64,000 nucleotides of DNA from an uncultured delta proteobacterium (GTDB lineage: Bacteria > Desulfobacterota > RBG-13-43-22). The translations under genes were made by a program, and so were the position numbers. The notes under the pieces are model-generated. The model was not told the DNA's origin. It searched no databases and saw nothing but the letters and a program-made list of their open reading frames with translations. The stretch covers positions 64,001 through 128,000 of the forward strand of contig CAWBOS010000001.1 of NCBI GenBank assembly GCA_963790475.1, in the 5' to 3' direction. This document shows positions 49,711-59,305 of this stretch, piece by piece; within the stretch, counting starts at the first letter, position 1; every line of letters begins with the position of its first letter.

Positions 49711-51263
49711 GCCGCGGAAGACAAAAGGTGTCATTTGAGGGTCTCTTGCAGGAGAACGTCCTTGGAACTTTTGCTGTGATACGCGGCTTTGCTGAACTAC
49801 GCGACCTCATCGATGTTTCCATAGCAATGCCTTACCAGGGCGCCATGAACGGTCAGGGCACCGGCTATCAGAGACAATTTGATGAGCAACACGTTGAAGA
49901 CCTTAAACGGTTCTTAAGCAAGGGCCGCTACCGTTTCTTCCCCGAGATAGTCCTCAGCCTCAGAAGTAAAGGGGCGACTGATCCCATAGTCTCGTATACC
50001 AAGAAGAGATCATCATTAAATGACAAAACCTACGGGATCTCCGTGGGGCTCAAGGCACTACGCAAGGATGGCTTCACAAGGATTCACAGGATTGACGGTA
50101 ACCACCGTTTGGAGGCAGCCAAACGGCTGTTAGAAGAGCAGAAGAGGTCTGCTTCTTTCAAAGATTTCACCAAAGCCCCTTTCTGCTTTGTCATCTTGAA
50201 CTCGGATAGGCAGGAGGATGACGAGTTGGCCGAAGCCATGCTTTTTAATCTGATTAACAGTAAGGCTCTGCCTATCGCTTCAGAACATAGCCTTTCGGTT
50301 CTGATGCGCGATGACGGCGCTGCCACCGAACGATTCGTTGAGGACCCTCAAGTGTATCTGACGCGTTGGATACACGACAAAGTCAAAGACTGGCCTGAGG
50401 CCTTTTATACCGCAATGGGGGAAACGCCCCTGTCTCGTATACATTCTACAGCAGGGGTGCTGCTTCGCCCCGGTGGAATATCAAACGAAACCCAGCAAAG
50501 CATGGAGACCGAAGCGGGGCACCTTTTCAGCCCCCTTTACGACTTGGTCGTAAGGCTCCGCGATGAACATTTGAAATTTGTTCACTCTTATGCATATCTA
50601 CCTGTCGCAGCCGAAGTTTATGTACGCCACTCCAAAGTCGATTCTGCAAAAGGGGCCAACACAGAAGCGGAGCGACTCCGTCGTGCGGAACGCTGGCTCC
50701 GTGACTTTGCCCGCTGGTTTGATACTGTCGGAGGTACGGACATGCCTTTGCCAGCCGATCCCTCCATTCTCTGGACTATTTTCAAGCGTGATTTTGACAA
50801 ACGAGCAGGGAAGGTCTTCGTTGCTATGTCATTTAGGCGCGAACGGGATTTTCAGGATGTAGGAATGGCAATTGATGAGGCGCTAGACCAGTTCAATACG
50901 GAGCACCCAAACACACCTCTCGCACCAAGGCGCGCGGACAAACAAAAAGGCGCGAGCTATGAAATTCCGGCCTGGATATTCTCAGAAATCGATCAGAGTC
51001 GATTGGTCATTGCAGACCTGACTGATGAGAGGCCGAACGTCTACTGTGAAGTGGGTTATGCTAAATCGAAAGGAATTCCTTTTATCCTGACCTTCCATAA
51101 AAGAAACCCTGATGACAAACCACCATGGGACCGAGAATCATCACCCGGCAATAAGGTTCATTTTGATCTAACACCCTATCGTTATATTGCATATGAGACT
51201 GCATTCGAACTGCGAGATAAGCTAAAACAGGAACTTAACGCTTTTGTTGAGCGAGCATTATAA
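49707..51263 (+). CDS. DGQHR (DndB/ParB-like) domain fused to a C-terminal nucleoside deoxyribosyltransferase/TIR-like domain
   Basis: N-terminal GYQR, FFPEIVL, IDGNHRL, LFNLINSK; C-terminal VFVAMSF, RAD, IADLT..RPNVYCEVGYA, FD. Confidence 0.8.
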   Translation: MSRGRQKVSFEGLLQENVLGTFAVIRGFAELRDLIDVSIAMPYQGAMNGQGTGYQRQFDEQHVEDLKRFLSKGRYRFFPEIVLSLRSKGATDPIVSYTKKRSSLNDKTYGISVGLKALRKDGFTRIHRIDGNHRLEAAKRLLEEQKRSASFKDFTKAPFCFVILNSDRQEDDELAEAMLFNLINSKALPIASEHSLSVLMRDDGAATERFVEDPQVYLTRWIHDKVKDWPEAFYTAMGETPLSRIHSTAGVLLRPGGISNETQQSMETEAGHLFSPLYDLVVRLRDEHLKFVHSYAYLPVAAEVYVRHSKVDSAKGANTEAERLRRAERWLRDFARWFDTVGGTDMPLPADPSILWTIFKRDFDKRAGKVFVAMSFRRERDFQDVGMAIDEALDQFNTEHPNTPLAPRRADKQKGASYEIPAWIFSEIDQSRLVIADLTDERPNVYCEVGYAKSKGIPFILTFHKRNPDDKPPWDRESSPGNKVHFDLTPYRYIAYETAFELRDKLKQELNAFVERAL

Positions 51264-51396
51264 GTCGCCTAAATATTAATGTTGGCCTTTGATGAGAATA
51301 AACATCCCCTTCAAAAAGATAGGAGTAAGTTTCTTTAGAATAACTACAACTAACAATCCAATTTTCGATTTTACATAAATATTTTACGGGGGAAAA

Positions 51397-52425
51397 TTGA
51401 TGGGCAAGTCTGAACCAATTTTTTGGGGTATTCATGCCGGTCGAGCCGGCGAAGCAGACAACCTTTTTTTGAAAAAAGATGTCATAGCTGTTGGCTGGCA
51501 TAAGATAAAAAACATGGGAAAAATACCACCTGACAGGGAAGCCTTTAAAACTAAAATCGTTGAGGCTTATCCTGAGACAAAACCAGGTGCAATTCCAATA
51601 TTTGCAGGTATGTTATTAAGGTTTGTTCATGAGATAAAAGAGGGAGATGTTGTTATTTATCCTTCCAAACGTGATCGGCAAATTCATATCGGAATTGTAA
51701 ATGGTCCTTATAAATACGATCCAAAAGATGAACCGACCTTTCCTCATCATAGACCAATTAAATGGTTGAAAACAGTATCTCGGACCAAATTTTCTCAGGG
51801 GGCGCTTTATGAAATCGGGTCAGCCATAAGCCTTTTCCAGGTAAAGACTTATTCAGAGGAATTTAAAGGAGCTTTAGAAGGAAAACCGGCTATTATTTCT
51901 CCCCCCACTAAAGATGAGGCCGTGGCTATTATTGCCAAAGAAATTGAGCAAAATACCAGGGATTTTATTTTGAAACAACTTGCTCAGGAATTAAAAGGCC
52001 ATTCTCTAGCGGAATTTATAGCCCATTTACTCGGAACAATGGGATACCGATCTCGCTTATCGCCCCCCGGCCCAGACCATGGTATTGATATAGTAGCTCA
52101 CAAGGACGAATTAGGCTTTGAACCACCAATCATAAAAGTTCAAGTGAAAAGTAGTGAGGGAAGCGTTGGGGAGCCAGTTGCCTCAGCTCTATATGGCAAC
52201 GTGGGAGAAAAAGAATTTGGGTTACTGGTTGCTTTGGGAACCTTTACCGCGCAAGCTCGGAACTTCGCCCAGAGTAAAAGCAATTTGCGTTTAATCGACG
52301 GGGAAGAACTAGTTTCTCTTATTCTCCAACACTATGATCAATTTGACTCAAGATATAAAGGGCTTTTGCCTTTAAAACGTGTACATGTGCCTGAGCCCTT
52401 AGATGAAGAAGGGAATAACGGGTAA
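51397..52425 (+). CDS. Mrr-family restriction endonuclease
   Basis: N-terminal WGIHAG..GW..EGDVVIYP domain; C-terminal PDHGIDI, VQVK, LIDGEEL. Confidence 0.85.
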   Translation: MMGKSEPIFWGIHAGRAGEADNLFLKKDVIAVGWHKIKNMGKIPPDREAFKTKIVEAYPETKPGAIPIFAGMLLRFVHEIKEGDVVIYPSKRDRQIHIGIVNGPYKYDPKDEPTFPHHRPIKWLKTVSRTKFSQGALYEIGSAISLFQVKTYSEEFKGALEGKPAIISPPTKDEAVAIIAKEIEQNTRDFILKQLAQELKGHSLAEFIAHLLGTMGYRSRLSPPGPDHGIDIVAHKDELGFEPPIIKVQVKSSEGSVGEPVASALYGNVGEKEFGLLVALGTFTAQARNFAQSKSNLRLIDGEELVSLILQHYDQFDSRYKGLLPLKRVHVPEPLDEEGNNG

Positions 52426-52456
52426 AAGTGTGTTCAAGGCGTCCTATAAAATATAA

Positions 52457-53460
52457 CTGGGGTATTCACTTGACTAAGGTTACCCCAACATATAGTAATG
52501 GGGCGTGGAATCGTACCCCAAAAGTTTGACTGAATTTTAGTCTTGGTTTTCTTCGGAACAAGATTGTCGAGACTACCTTTATCGTTTGAGATGGCCGGAA
52601 GGCTTTATCTGTCCACGATGTGGGAACCCGGAAGCCTGGCCAATTGGTACTATGTTGTTCGAGTGTTCCGGTTGCCACTATCAGTTGTCGGTTGTAGCGG
52701 GAACAATTTTTCAAGATACCCACAAGCCGTTGATGGTGTGGTTTAGGGCGATATGGTGGGTAACTGGACAAAAAAATGGAGCCAGCGCTCTGGGCCTTAA
52801 ACGCATCCTTGGTCTGGGAAGCTATCGCACGGCCTGGACCTGGTTGCACAAACTGCGTCGGGCCATGGTCCGTCCTGACCGGGACTGCTTGTCTGGTATT
52901 ATTGAAGTAGATGAAACCGTTATTGGCGGAGAGAAACCTGGTAAACGAGGTCGTGGGGCGGCCGGTAAGGTACTCGTAGGTATCGCAGTCGAAGACAAGG
53001 GAGATGACGGCGTTGGGCGAATTCGTCTTGGTATTCTTCCGGATGCCTCTGCAAACAGTCTCAACGCCTTTATTAAGGAAAGAGTCACGGGAGGAAGTAC
53101 CATTCGAACCGACGATTGGCTTGGCTACAGCAAATTGGATTCTGTTGGTTATCGGCACGTCACTATTAAAAATACTGAATTGAAGCTTGCTCACTTGGTA
53201 GTATCTCTTCTGAAACGTTGGCTTCTGGGTACCCATCAAGGTGCAGTCAGTCATGAGCATTTAGCCTACTATTTGGATGAGTATGTTTTTAGATTCAATC
53301 GCCGAACTTCGACTCACCGCGGCAAATTATTTATGCGCCTCCTGGAAAATGCTGTACAAATCGGACCGGTCACCCAATGTCAGATCATTCAGCATGTTAG
53401 AGGACGCAAACCCAAAGAACACAACATATAGGGAATACCTTAGTCAAGTGAATACCCCAG
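52457..53460 (+). mobile_element. IS1595-family element with perfect 24-bp TIRs and an 8-bp duplication
   Basis: ctggggtattcacttgactaaggt / accttagtcaagtgaataccccag, with aaatataa on both flanks. Confidence 0.93.
52505..53431 (+). pseudogene. IS1595 transposase with an in-frame TAG at codon 12
   Basis: GTG at 52505 gives VESYPKSLTEF*SWFSSEQDCRDYLYRLRWPEGFICPRC; also Zn ribbon, EVDET, TD, YLDEYVFRFNRR. Confidence 0.85.
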
Positions 53461-53550
53461 AAATATAATACGTGGAACCGTTGAAATAGTTGAATTGGTA
53501 TTTTATGGCCCCCGAATAGACCCCCAAAAGATCTAACAATATAAAATATT

Positions 53551-54633
53551 ATGATGGGAGAATTGGGAATGGCATCAAAACCAGTTTTTATAAGTCACGC
53601 AGTACTTAACAAGGGGCTTGCTGACAAGTTGGTTGACCTGATTGAAACTGGGATAGGTATTTCTGCTTCTGATATATTTTGTTCCTCTTTGGAAGGGCTT
53701 GGGATAGATAGTGGAACAAATTTTATTGATTTCATACATAAGCAAATAAGTAAACCCAAAGTGGTAATATTACTTTTAACTCCCGAATATTTTAACAGCA
53801 ATTTCTGCCTATGCGAATTAGGAGCATCTTGGATTCTTTCACACAGAATTATTCCCTTACTTGTTTCACCATTGGAATATTCTGATGTTAAGGCAGTTCT
53901 TACTGGAATACAACTTCTTAACATAGATCGTAAATCTGACCTAAATCAAATGCTCGACGAACTGACTTCTGTTCTTCAGAAAGAGGGAAAACCTTTTGCT
54001 CGTTGGGAGGTCAAACGTGACAAATTCCTTGAAGAGATGTCTGGTTATCTAGCGACTTACAAGCCATCTAAAAAAATATCACAAAATGAATTTGAAAATA
54101 TTAAAAAAAAATATAATGAGGCAGTTGAAGAAATAAAATTAATGCAAAAAGAAATCGAGAAAAAGAATGATTTAATTGAAAAATTAAAACGAGCCAAGGA
54201 TTCCAATGCGGTAAAACAGATAGTCTTTGAAAATGTCAAATTTGAGGACTATTTTGATGAGCTTTTAGAAAAAGGACAAAAATCTATTATGAATTTATCC
54301 TATATCGTCAAGGAAGCCTTATATTATCATTATCGAGGTGAAAGATTACCAATACCAAGGTTTGGTGAAGATGATATAAGAGACCAAATTAAATATGCTA
54401 TCGAATTAGATTTTCTAAAAGAATATGAAGATGGGATCGATTTGGTTTACGATGACCCAAAAATTTCCAATGCAATAACTGCTCTCGATGAAATTCAACA
54501 ATTTTTGTCGAAGGTTGAGGAAGACGGAGAACTGGAAAAAGATGGAAAAGAATTTTTAGAATATTATGTCGACAGGTATCAACATAAACCCACATTAGCT
54601 TCAAGGCGTTTTTGGCAAACACACTTTAATTGA
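53551..54633 (+). CDS. TIR-domain protein with coiled coil
   Basis: VFISHA, IFCSS, SNFCLCELGASW (catalytic-type Glu); visibly AT-rich; the start may be 53569. Confidence 0.85.
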   Translation: MMGELGMASKPVFISHAVLNKGLADKLVDLIETGIGISASDIFCSSLEGLGIDSGTNFIDFIHKQISKPKVVILLLTPEYFNSNFCLCELGASWILSHRIIPLLVSPLEYSDVKAVLTGIQLLNIDRKSDLNQMLDELTSVLQKEGKPFARWEVKRDKFLEEMSGYLATYKPSKKISQNEFENIKKKYNEAVEEIKLMQKEIEKKNDLIEKLKRAKDSNAVKQIVFENVKFEDYFDELLEKGQKSIMNLSYIVKEALYYHYRGERLPIPRFGEDDIRDQIKYAIELDFLKEYEDGIDLVYDDPKISNAITALDEIQQFLSKVEEDGELEKDGKEFLEYYVDRYQHKPTLASRRFWQTHFN

Positions 54634-55017
54634 TCGTCAACAAAATTCATTGTAATAAAGTGAGTTGTATGTTGTTTGAGTTGTGGTCGGACCACGCGAA
54701 CGGATTGAAGTCTCCAAGAAAAGAATAAAAGATAGGGGGGTAAAAGCACCATACTTAAATTTTAACCAGAAAAACATTAAATTAGGTATAGTGTGCCCCG
54801 TTTAAGTCAGAGAAATCAGGGAAAGTGATAAGGGGTATCGGCTTCTGGAGAAATCTGCTCCCTATAATGTTCTTTTGGGCGCAAAAAGACGATATAGTCC
54901 TTGAAATACCAGCTTAGGGCACAGCCAGGCCAAAGTCATGAAATGCAAAATAAGAAGAACTGCCGAAACAGATGTCGCCGCATGGGTAAACAGGGAACTG
55001 TTTATGGCTCGGGGTGA

Positions 55018-55341
55018 AATTGGGGTCGGGCCACGGGAATTATTTGATTTGACAACGGAGACTGTCAATTCTGATCCCTGAAGCGGGCCTATATTGTGTT
55101 TTTTGGGGCAAAAAGGACGTTATTCGAAAAACAAATGGGAAGGGCAAAGCGACATTGCATTCCGGGCTGCATCGAGAATGTGAAAGCACTTTTGGGCTTC
55201 AGAGCCATGGGGAAGAAAGTCATAGAAGGCGGAGGAGGGTATCATCTTCGGGAGGGAGATGCACCCTATAAAGCTCTTTTTGGGCCTCAAAAAGAAGATA
55301 TAGGCCCTGAAAACACTTTCTTCTGGGAACTTTTATTCTGA
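55018..55341 (+). mobile_element. Internally deleted RAYT/Y1-transposase element
   Basis: The left-end module and start codons (MGRAKRHCIPG) are fused directly to a C-terminus nearly identical to 61621-61780. Confidence 0.8.
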
Positions 55342-55404
55342 GCAAAAAAGGTTAAACAGAAACTGGATAACACCCAGGGATCATCGGCTCTATCCTTCAG
55401 GCAT

Positions 55405-55698
55405 TTAAAAATTTTCGGGTAAGTGGCCTCCTCGGGTCCTCTTAAAACGATAATAAACCTTTTCATATTCCTCTAATCTCTGTTGCCAGCTTGACAATTC
55501 CTGAATCTCCTTTCGCCATTTTTGAAAGTCTTTATTCGGTTCGACCAAAGGGTTTTCTTCTAAGTATTGGACAAAGGCCTCGGTGGTCATCCCATATTTT
55601 TCTTCTCTCCGGCGAAGGGTTTTTTGTAGCTTCCTACAGACTCTTCGACAGAGGCTGACCTCCCTGCTGAGTGAGATCTCATATTCATCAGTATGCAA
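55405..55698 (-). CDS. Hypothetical protein
   Basis: SD ggag + TTG start; MHTDEYEISLSRE..EEKYGMTTEAF. Confidence 0.55.
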   Translation of the reverse strand: MHTDEYEISLSREVSLCRRVCRKLQKTLRRREEKYGMTTEAFVQYLEENPLVEPNKDFQKWRKEIQELSSWQQRLEEYEKVYYRFKRTRGGHLPENF

Positions 55699-55932
55699 AG
55701 GTGGTCTCCCTTACCATTTGTAAGTTCAAAGATTGGACAAAAAGAAAGTTTATGAAATTATAACTTATTTAATTTAAATTTAACGCAGAGTTGGCAAAAA
55801 AGCAAAAAGGAATTTTTATTTCTTTCCTCTAAGAGGACGGGAAGAAAGACTTATCGTGGCTCAACCGGAAAGGGGGACGTTGTTTCTGAATTGACTCTTG
55901 GTGTAACGAATTCTCTGAGGGCTTTCAGGCTA

Positions 55933-56142
55933 ATCTCTCGCCCGCTCCTTTCGGTCGCTTGAGTTCACAGAGAACTCAGATAAAGAATATTTTATAAAAT
56001 TGCCGAGAGGACGATTTTTTAAAACCCTCGCGCCTCCGGCGGGGATTCCTTTGCGTAGCAACGAGATTTTTGTAATTGCCGTCCCCTCAACGGCAATTAC
56101 AAATTATTTTTCTCTGCGAACTCTGGGCGCTCTGTGAGAGAT
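55933..56142. repeat. MITE-like palindromic element with CACAGAG/CTCTGCG 9-mer-type ends
   Basis: atctctcgc...cacagagaactcaga on the left, tctctgcgaactctgggcgctctgtgagagat on the right; internal hairpin ttgtaattgccgt/acggcaattacaa. Confidence 0.6.
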
Positions 56143-56215
56143 CGTCTTTGAGGTGGGACAAGGGTGTGTTGAAGAAGCCTGTCGATATTATTTTGAGACT
56201 GTTAATAATCTCTTT

Positions 56216-57556
56216 TCATTTCGAAGAGCCCGCGGTGCAGGGATTGGCCCCTTCCTGGCGAGACACGACAACCGGTGAGAGGGGTTTAGCGAAAAAGACG
56301 GTCACCATGGCCAATAGGCTGGCGGCGGCAAAGATGGTAAAGGCAATCCCGTAGTCATGGGTGGCATCGAAAATAACGCCGGCGATCAGCGGACCGAAGG
56401 CCGAGCCGACGCCCGAAAACAACCCGGTTAAACCGAAGATAGTGCCGAAAGAGACCGTTCCGAAGCACTCGCCGATGAGCAGGGACTGCATCATGACCAC
56501 CCCACCCATAGTCAAACCGAAAGCAAAGGTCCCCAGGTAAAGGACTGCTACCTGACGGAAATGGGATAAAGAAAGAACGGCCACCCCTTGGATAAGAAAG
56601 CAGAACATGGCCATAAATCTTTTGTCGGAACGGTCGGCCAGAGGTCCCAAGAACAGGCGTCCGATGATGCTGGCCCCGGTCGTAATGCTCACAGCCAAGG
56701 CGGCTCCCGCGGCTCCCAGGGTTTCACTGAGAAAAGATACCTGATGAACCAGAAAGGCATTCTGACCGGTCAAAGCCAAAAGAAAGGAAACCACAATAGC
56801 CCAAAAGGCCGAGGTCCGCATGGCTTCGGCCCTGCTCCAGACCCTCATTTGAGCGGCATAGCTTCTTCGAGTAGGCGGGATCATTTTGGCGGGAGTCACG
56901 GACGGCTCTCCGTCCGGTAGTTGGCCCACATCCGAAGGACGCTGTTTAATGAGGAAAACCGCGGTCGGCACGACGATCAACCAAAATACGATCCCCAGGA
57001 TCGGCAACGTTGTCCGGAGACCGAAGTGGGATGAAAGGTAAACGGAAAAAGGGACCAGCACCATTCCTCCCAGGCTCAGTCCGGTCATGGTCAGTCCCAT
57101 GGCCAACCCCCGCCGGCGGAAAAACCAACTGGAGATCAAGGTGCTGACCGGGACCAAGGATGTGCCGCTCCAGCCCACGGCCATAAAGAAGTAAACAACA
57201 AAAAACTGCCAAAGATTTGTAACCCGGCTCAGTAGAAAGAACCCGATGGCCATGGTTGTCGAACCGAAGATCAGGACCGGTTTTGATCCGTATCGATCGA
57301 TGAGTCTGCCGGTAACCATTCCCATGATGCCGGCAACGGCGAAATACATGGAGACCGCCAAGGAAATGATTCCCTTGGACCAGCCGTATTGCGCCCGCAA
57401 GGGGTCCAGAATGGCGCCGTGCCCGTAGAAGCCGATGCCCGAAGAGACGAAGAGGATGGCCGTGCTTCCCAGGACGATCCACCAACCGTAAAAGCCTCTT
57501 TGAGGATGTGTCGGTTTTAAGTTGTTGGGTTCAATTTTGATAGAATTTGGTTCCAA
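56216..57556 (-). CDS. MFS transporter (paralog of 2932-4197)
   Basis: FYGWWIV, GRLIDRYGSK, many TMs. Confidence 0.9.
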   Translation of the reverse strand: MEPNSIKIEPNNLKPTHPQRGFYGWWIVLGSTAILFVSSGIGFYGHGAILDPLRAQYGWSKGIISLAVSMYFAVAGIMGMVTGRLIDRYGSKPVLIFGSTTMAIGFFLLSRVTNLWQFFVVYFFMAVGWSGTSLVPVSTLISSWFFRRRGLAMGLTMTGLSLGGMVLVPFSVYLSSHFGLRTTLPILGIVFWLIVVPTAVFLIKQRPSDVGQLPDGEPSVTPAKMIPPTRRSYAAQMRVWSRAEAMRTSAFWAIVVSFLLALTGQNAFLVHQVSFLSETLGAAGAALAVSITTGASIIGRLFLGPLADRSDKRFMAMFCFLIQGVAVLSLSHFRQVAVLYLGTFAFGLTMGGVVMMQSLLIGECFGTVSFGTIFGLTGLFSGVGSAFGPLIAGVIFDATHDYGIAFTIFAAASLLAMVTVFFAKPLSPVVVSRQEGANPCTAGSSK

Positions 57557-57721
57557 CTCAAATTTTTTAAGTAATCTTTTTGAATCCTAAATCCCACTCA
57601 CTATACAAAAAATGGCCTTACAAAACAACAGCAAACCACCGCTATTTTCGCAAAGGATGAATTATGGAAGAAACGGGTTCCAGACTTTATAAGGGACGTT
57701 CGTGCAGAACGTGCATTATCA

Positions 57722-57824
57722 AATTGGGGTCGGGCTACGGGAACAATTTGATTTGACAAGGGATGCTGTCAATTCTGATCGCTGAAGCGGGCCTACGTAA
57801 AGGGGGATGTTGTTCATTTCATTC
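57722..57824 (+). repeat. RAYT left-end module followed by an inverted gaatgaa..aacatcccc terminal module
   Basis: Similar to 55018-55091 and 58452-58525; 57799-57824 is the reverse complement of the 41391-type motif. Confidence 0.75.
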
Positions 57825-58451
57825 AGAAACTTAACAAGTAAACAGGGAGCTTCTTAAATTAGTTGAACGGTATTTTATGGCTGGAATAGAATACAATAGA
57901 TCCCAAAAACGCCGAACTGTCGCCCAGATTAGCGAGCGAACACCAAATGAAAAAATTTACCTTACAGGGAAGATTCCCCGCACCTTGCGCGCGGGGAGCT
58001 TCAATTAGAAATCCTTATTTTCGTCCAGAGAATACCCCCTTTTTATTTCCAGGGTTCTTTTATTTTCTTCTTTCAGCTTAAAAAGGTCAAGAAATTTCAA
58101 AGTCCCGGGCCAGGCCGGCTGCCGATTTGCCCATCTCAGAGGTGCGGAAGGTCTGAATAATCGGCCACTGCCTGATTAAGTGTCCCATACTTACGAAAAA
58201 CTGCCTGTTTACCATTCTTAAAATTGTGTATAATGGGATCCATTCCATGACCTCATAAGCGAGTTAACCCGTCTTCCAACAATGCCACTTTGCCTGTTCT
58301 CTATAATAACTTGGTCGGCGGCCGGACGAAGGAGGATGACCGAATGGAACTGTCGCTCAAAACCTATACGGCATACAGCATCGGCTGCGCTGTTGTATGG
58401 GCTGTCATTTTGGCTGTTGTTTCATCTGAAGCCAGCAAAGACAATGCGCTG

Positions 58452-58589
58452 AAATGGGGTCGGGCCACGGAAACAATTTGGTTTGACAGGGGATGCTGTC
58501 AATTCTGACCCCTAAAATCGGCCTATATTGTGTTTTTTGGGGGCAAAGAGGACGTTATCCGAAAAACAAATGGCAAGGGCAAAGCGACA
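58452..58589 (+). mobile_element. RAYT left end including the first codons (MARAKR), truncating a small membrane-protein gene that starts at 58344
   Basis: Near-identical to 55018-55154. Confidence 0.75.
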
Positions 58590-58627
58590 AGACCTGGTCC
58601 CCTTGACATTACTAAAGGAGGCGAGGC

Positions 58628-59086
58628 ATGTTTAAGGTCAGATTTGTTCTGTTGGGTCTGCTAACAGGCGCAGTCGTTGCCGGTTGTGCATCTTTGGGGT
58701 CGACTGGTGGAAATAGCCAAGGATTGGTAGGGGCGTGGATTGTGACAGCCAGCCGCCCGCCTGGTGTGGGAAAGAACCTTCTTACCTTTTCGTCGGATGG
58801 CACTTTCTTTCGAAGCGGGGATACACATCCGGTTCTCAGTGGCGGGCATGGGGCCTGGAAGCGGGTCGGCGATAGGGAGTTTGATGCCACTTATATCGCG
58901 TTTCGATTCGATCAAAACGGAAAGTGGATCGGAAGCACCAAGACGCGAATACACATTATCTCTGGCCCTGGAGACAACGAATTTACGGGCGTGGCCAAGG
59001 TCAGCACACGGGACTTGAAGGATGATGAGATTGGGACGTCCGAAGTGCGTCTTGAGGGAAAACGTATCCAGGCTGAGCCGTTCTGA
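58628..59086 (+). CDS. Hypothetical lipoprotein (beta-barrel-like)
   Basis: SD aggagg; VVAGC lipobox; LVGAW, GHGAWKRVG. Confidence 0.75.
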   Translation: MFKVRFVLLGLLTGAVVAGCASLGSTGGNSQGLVGAWIVTASRPPGVGKNLLTFSSDGTFFRSGDTHPVLSGGHGAWKRVGDREFDATYIAFRFDQNGKWIGSTKTRIHIISGPGDNEFTGVAKVSTRDLKDDEIGTSEVRLEGKRIQAEPF

Positions 59087-59305
59087 CATCACGCCTTACA
59101 GCGTGGTGTTGGCTAAGATGATTCGCAGCCTTTTAAGATCAGGGTCGAATTTCAAACCATGACAATTTTAATTCATATAATCCGGTGTGTTGTTGCATTA
59201 GTAAATTGCGAACCCTATAGACTTCCAAATCACCGAACCGTCTGGCCACATGACTTACGGGCCAAAGAAGGTTTTTCGATTCTTACCTAAAAGGAGGGAA
59301 TTTCG

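Noticed and set aside
49707-51263. Dnd phosphorothioation system suggested by the DGQHR domain
   Set aside because: No dndA/C/D/E or ssp genes are in the window, and the domain is fused to an unrelated effector.
59082-59113. Integron attC site after the lipoprotein gene
   Set aside because: The hairpin is only ~30 bp, too short for attC; the R boxes are imperfect and there is no intI.
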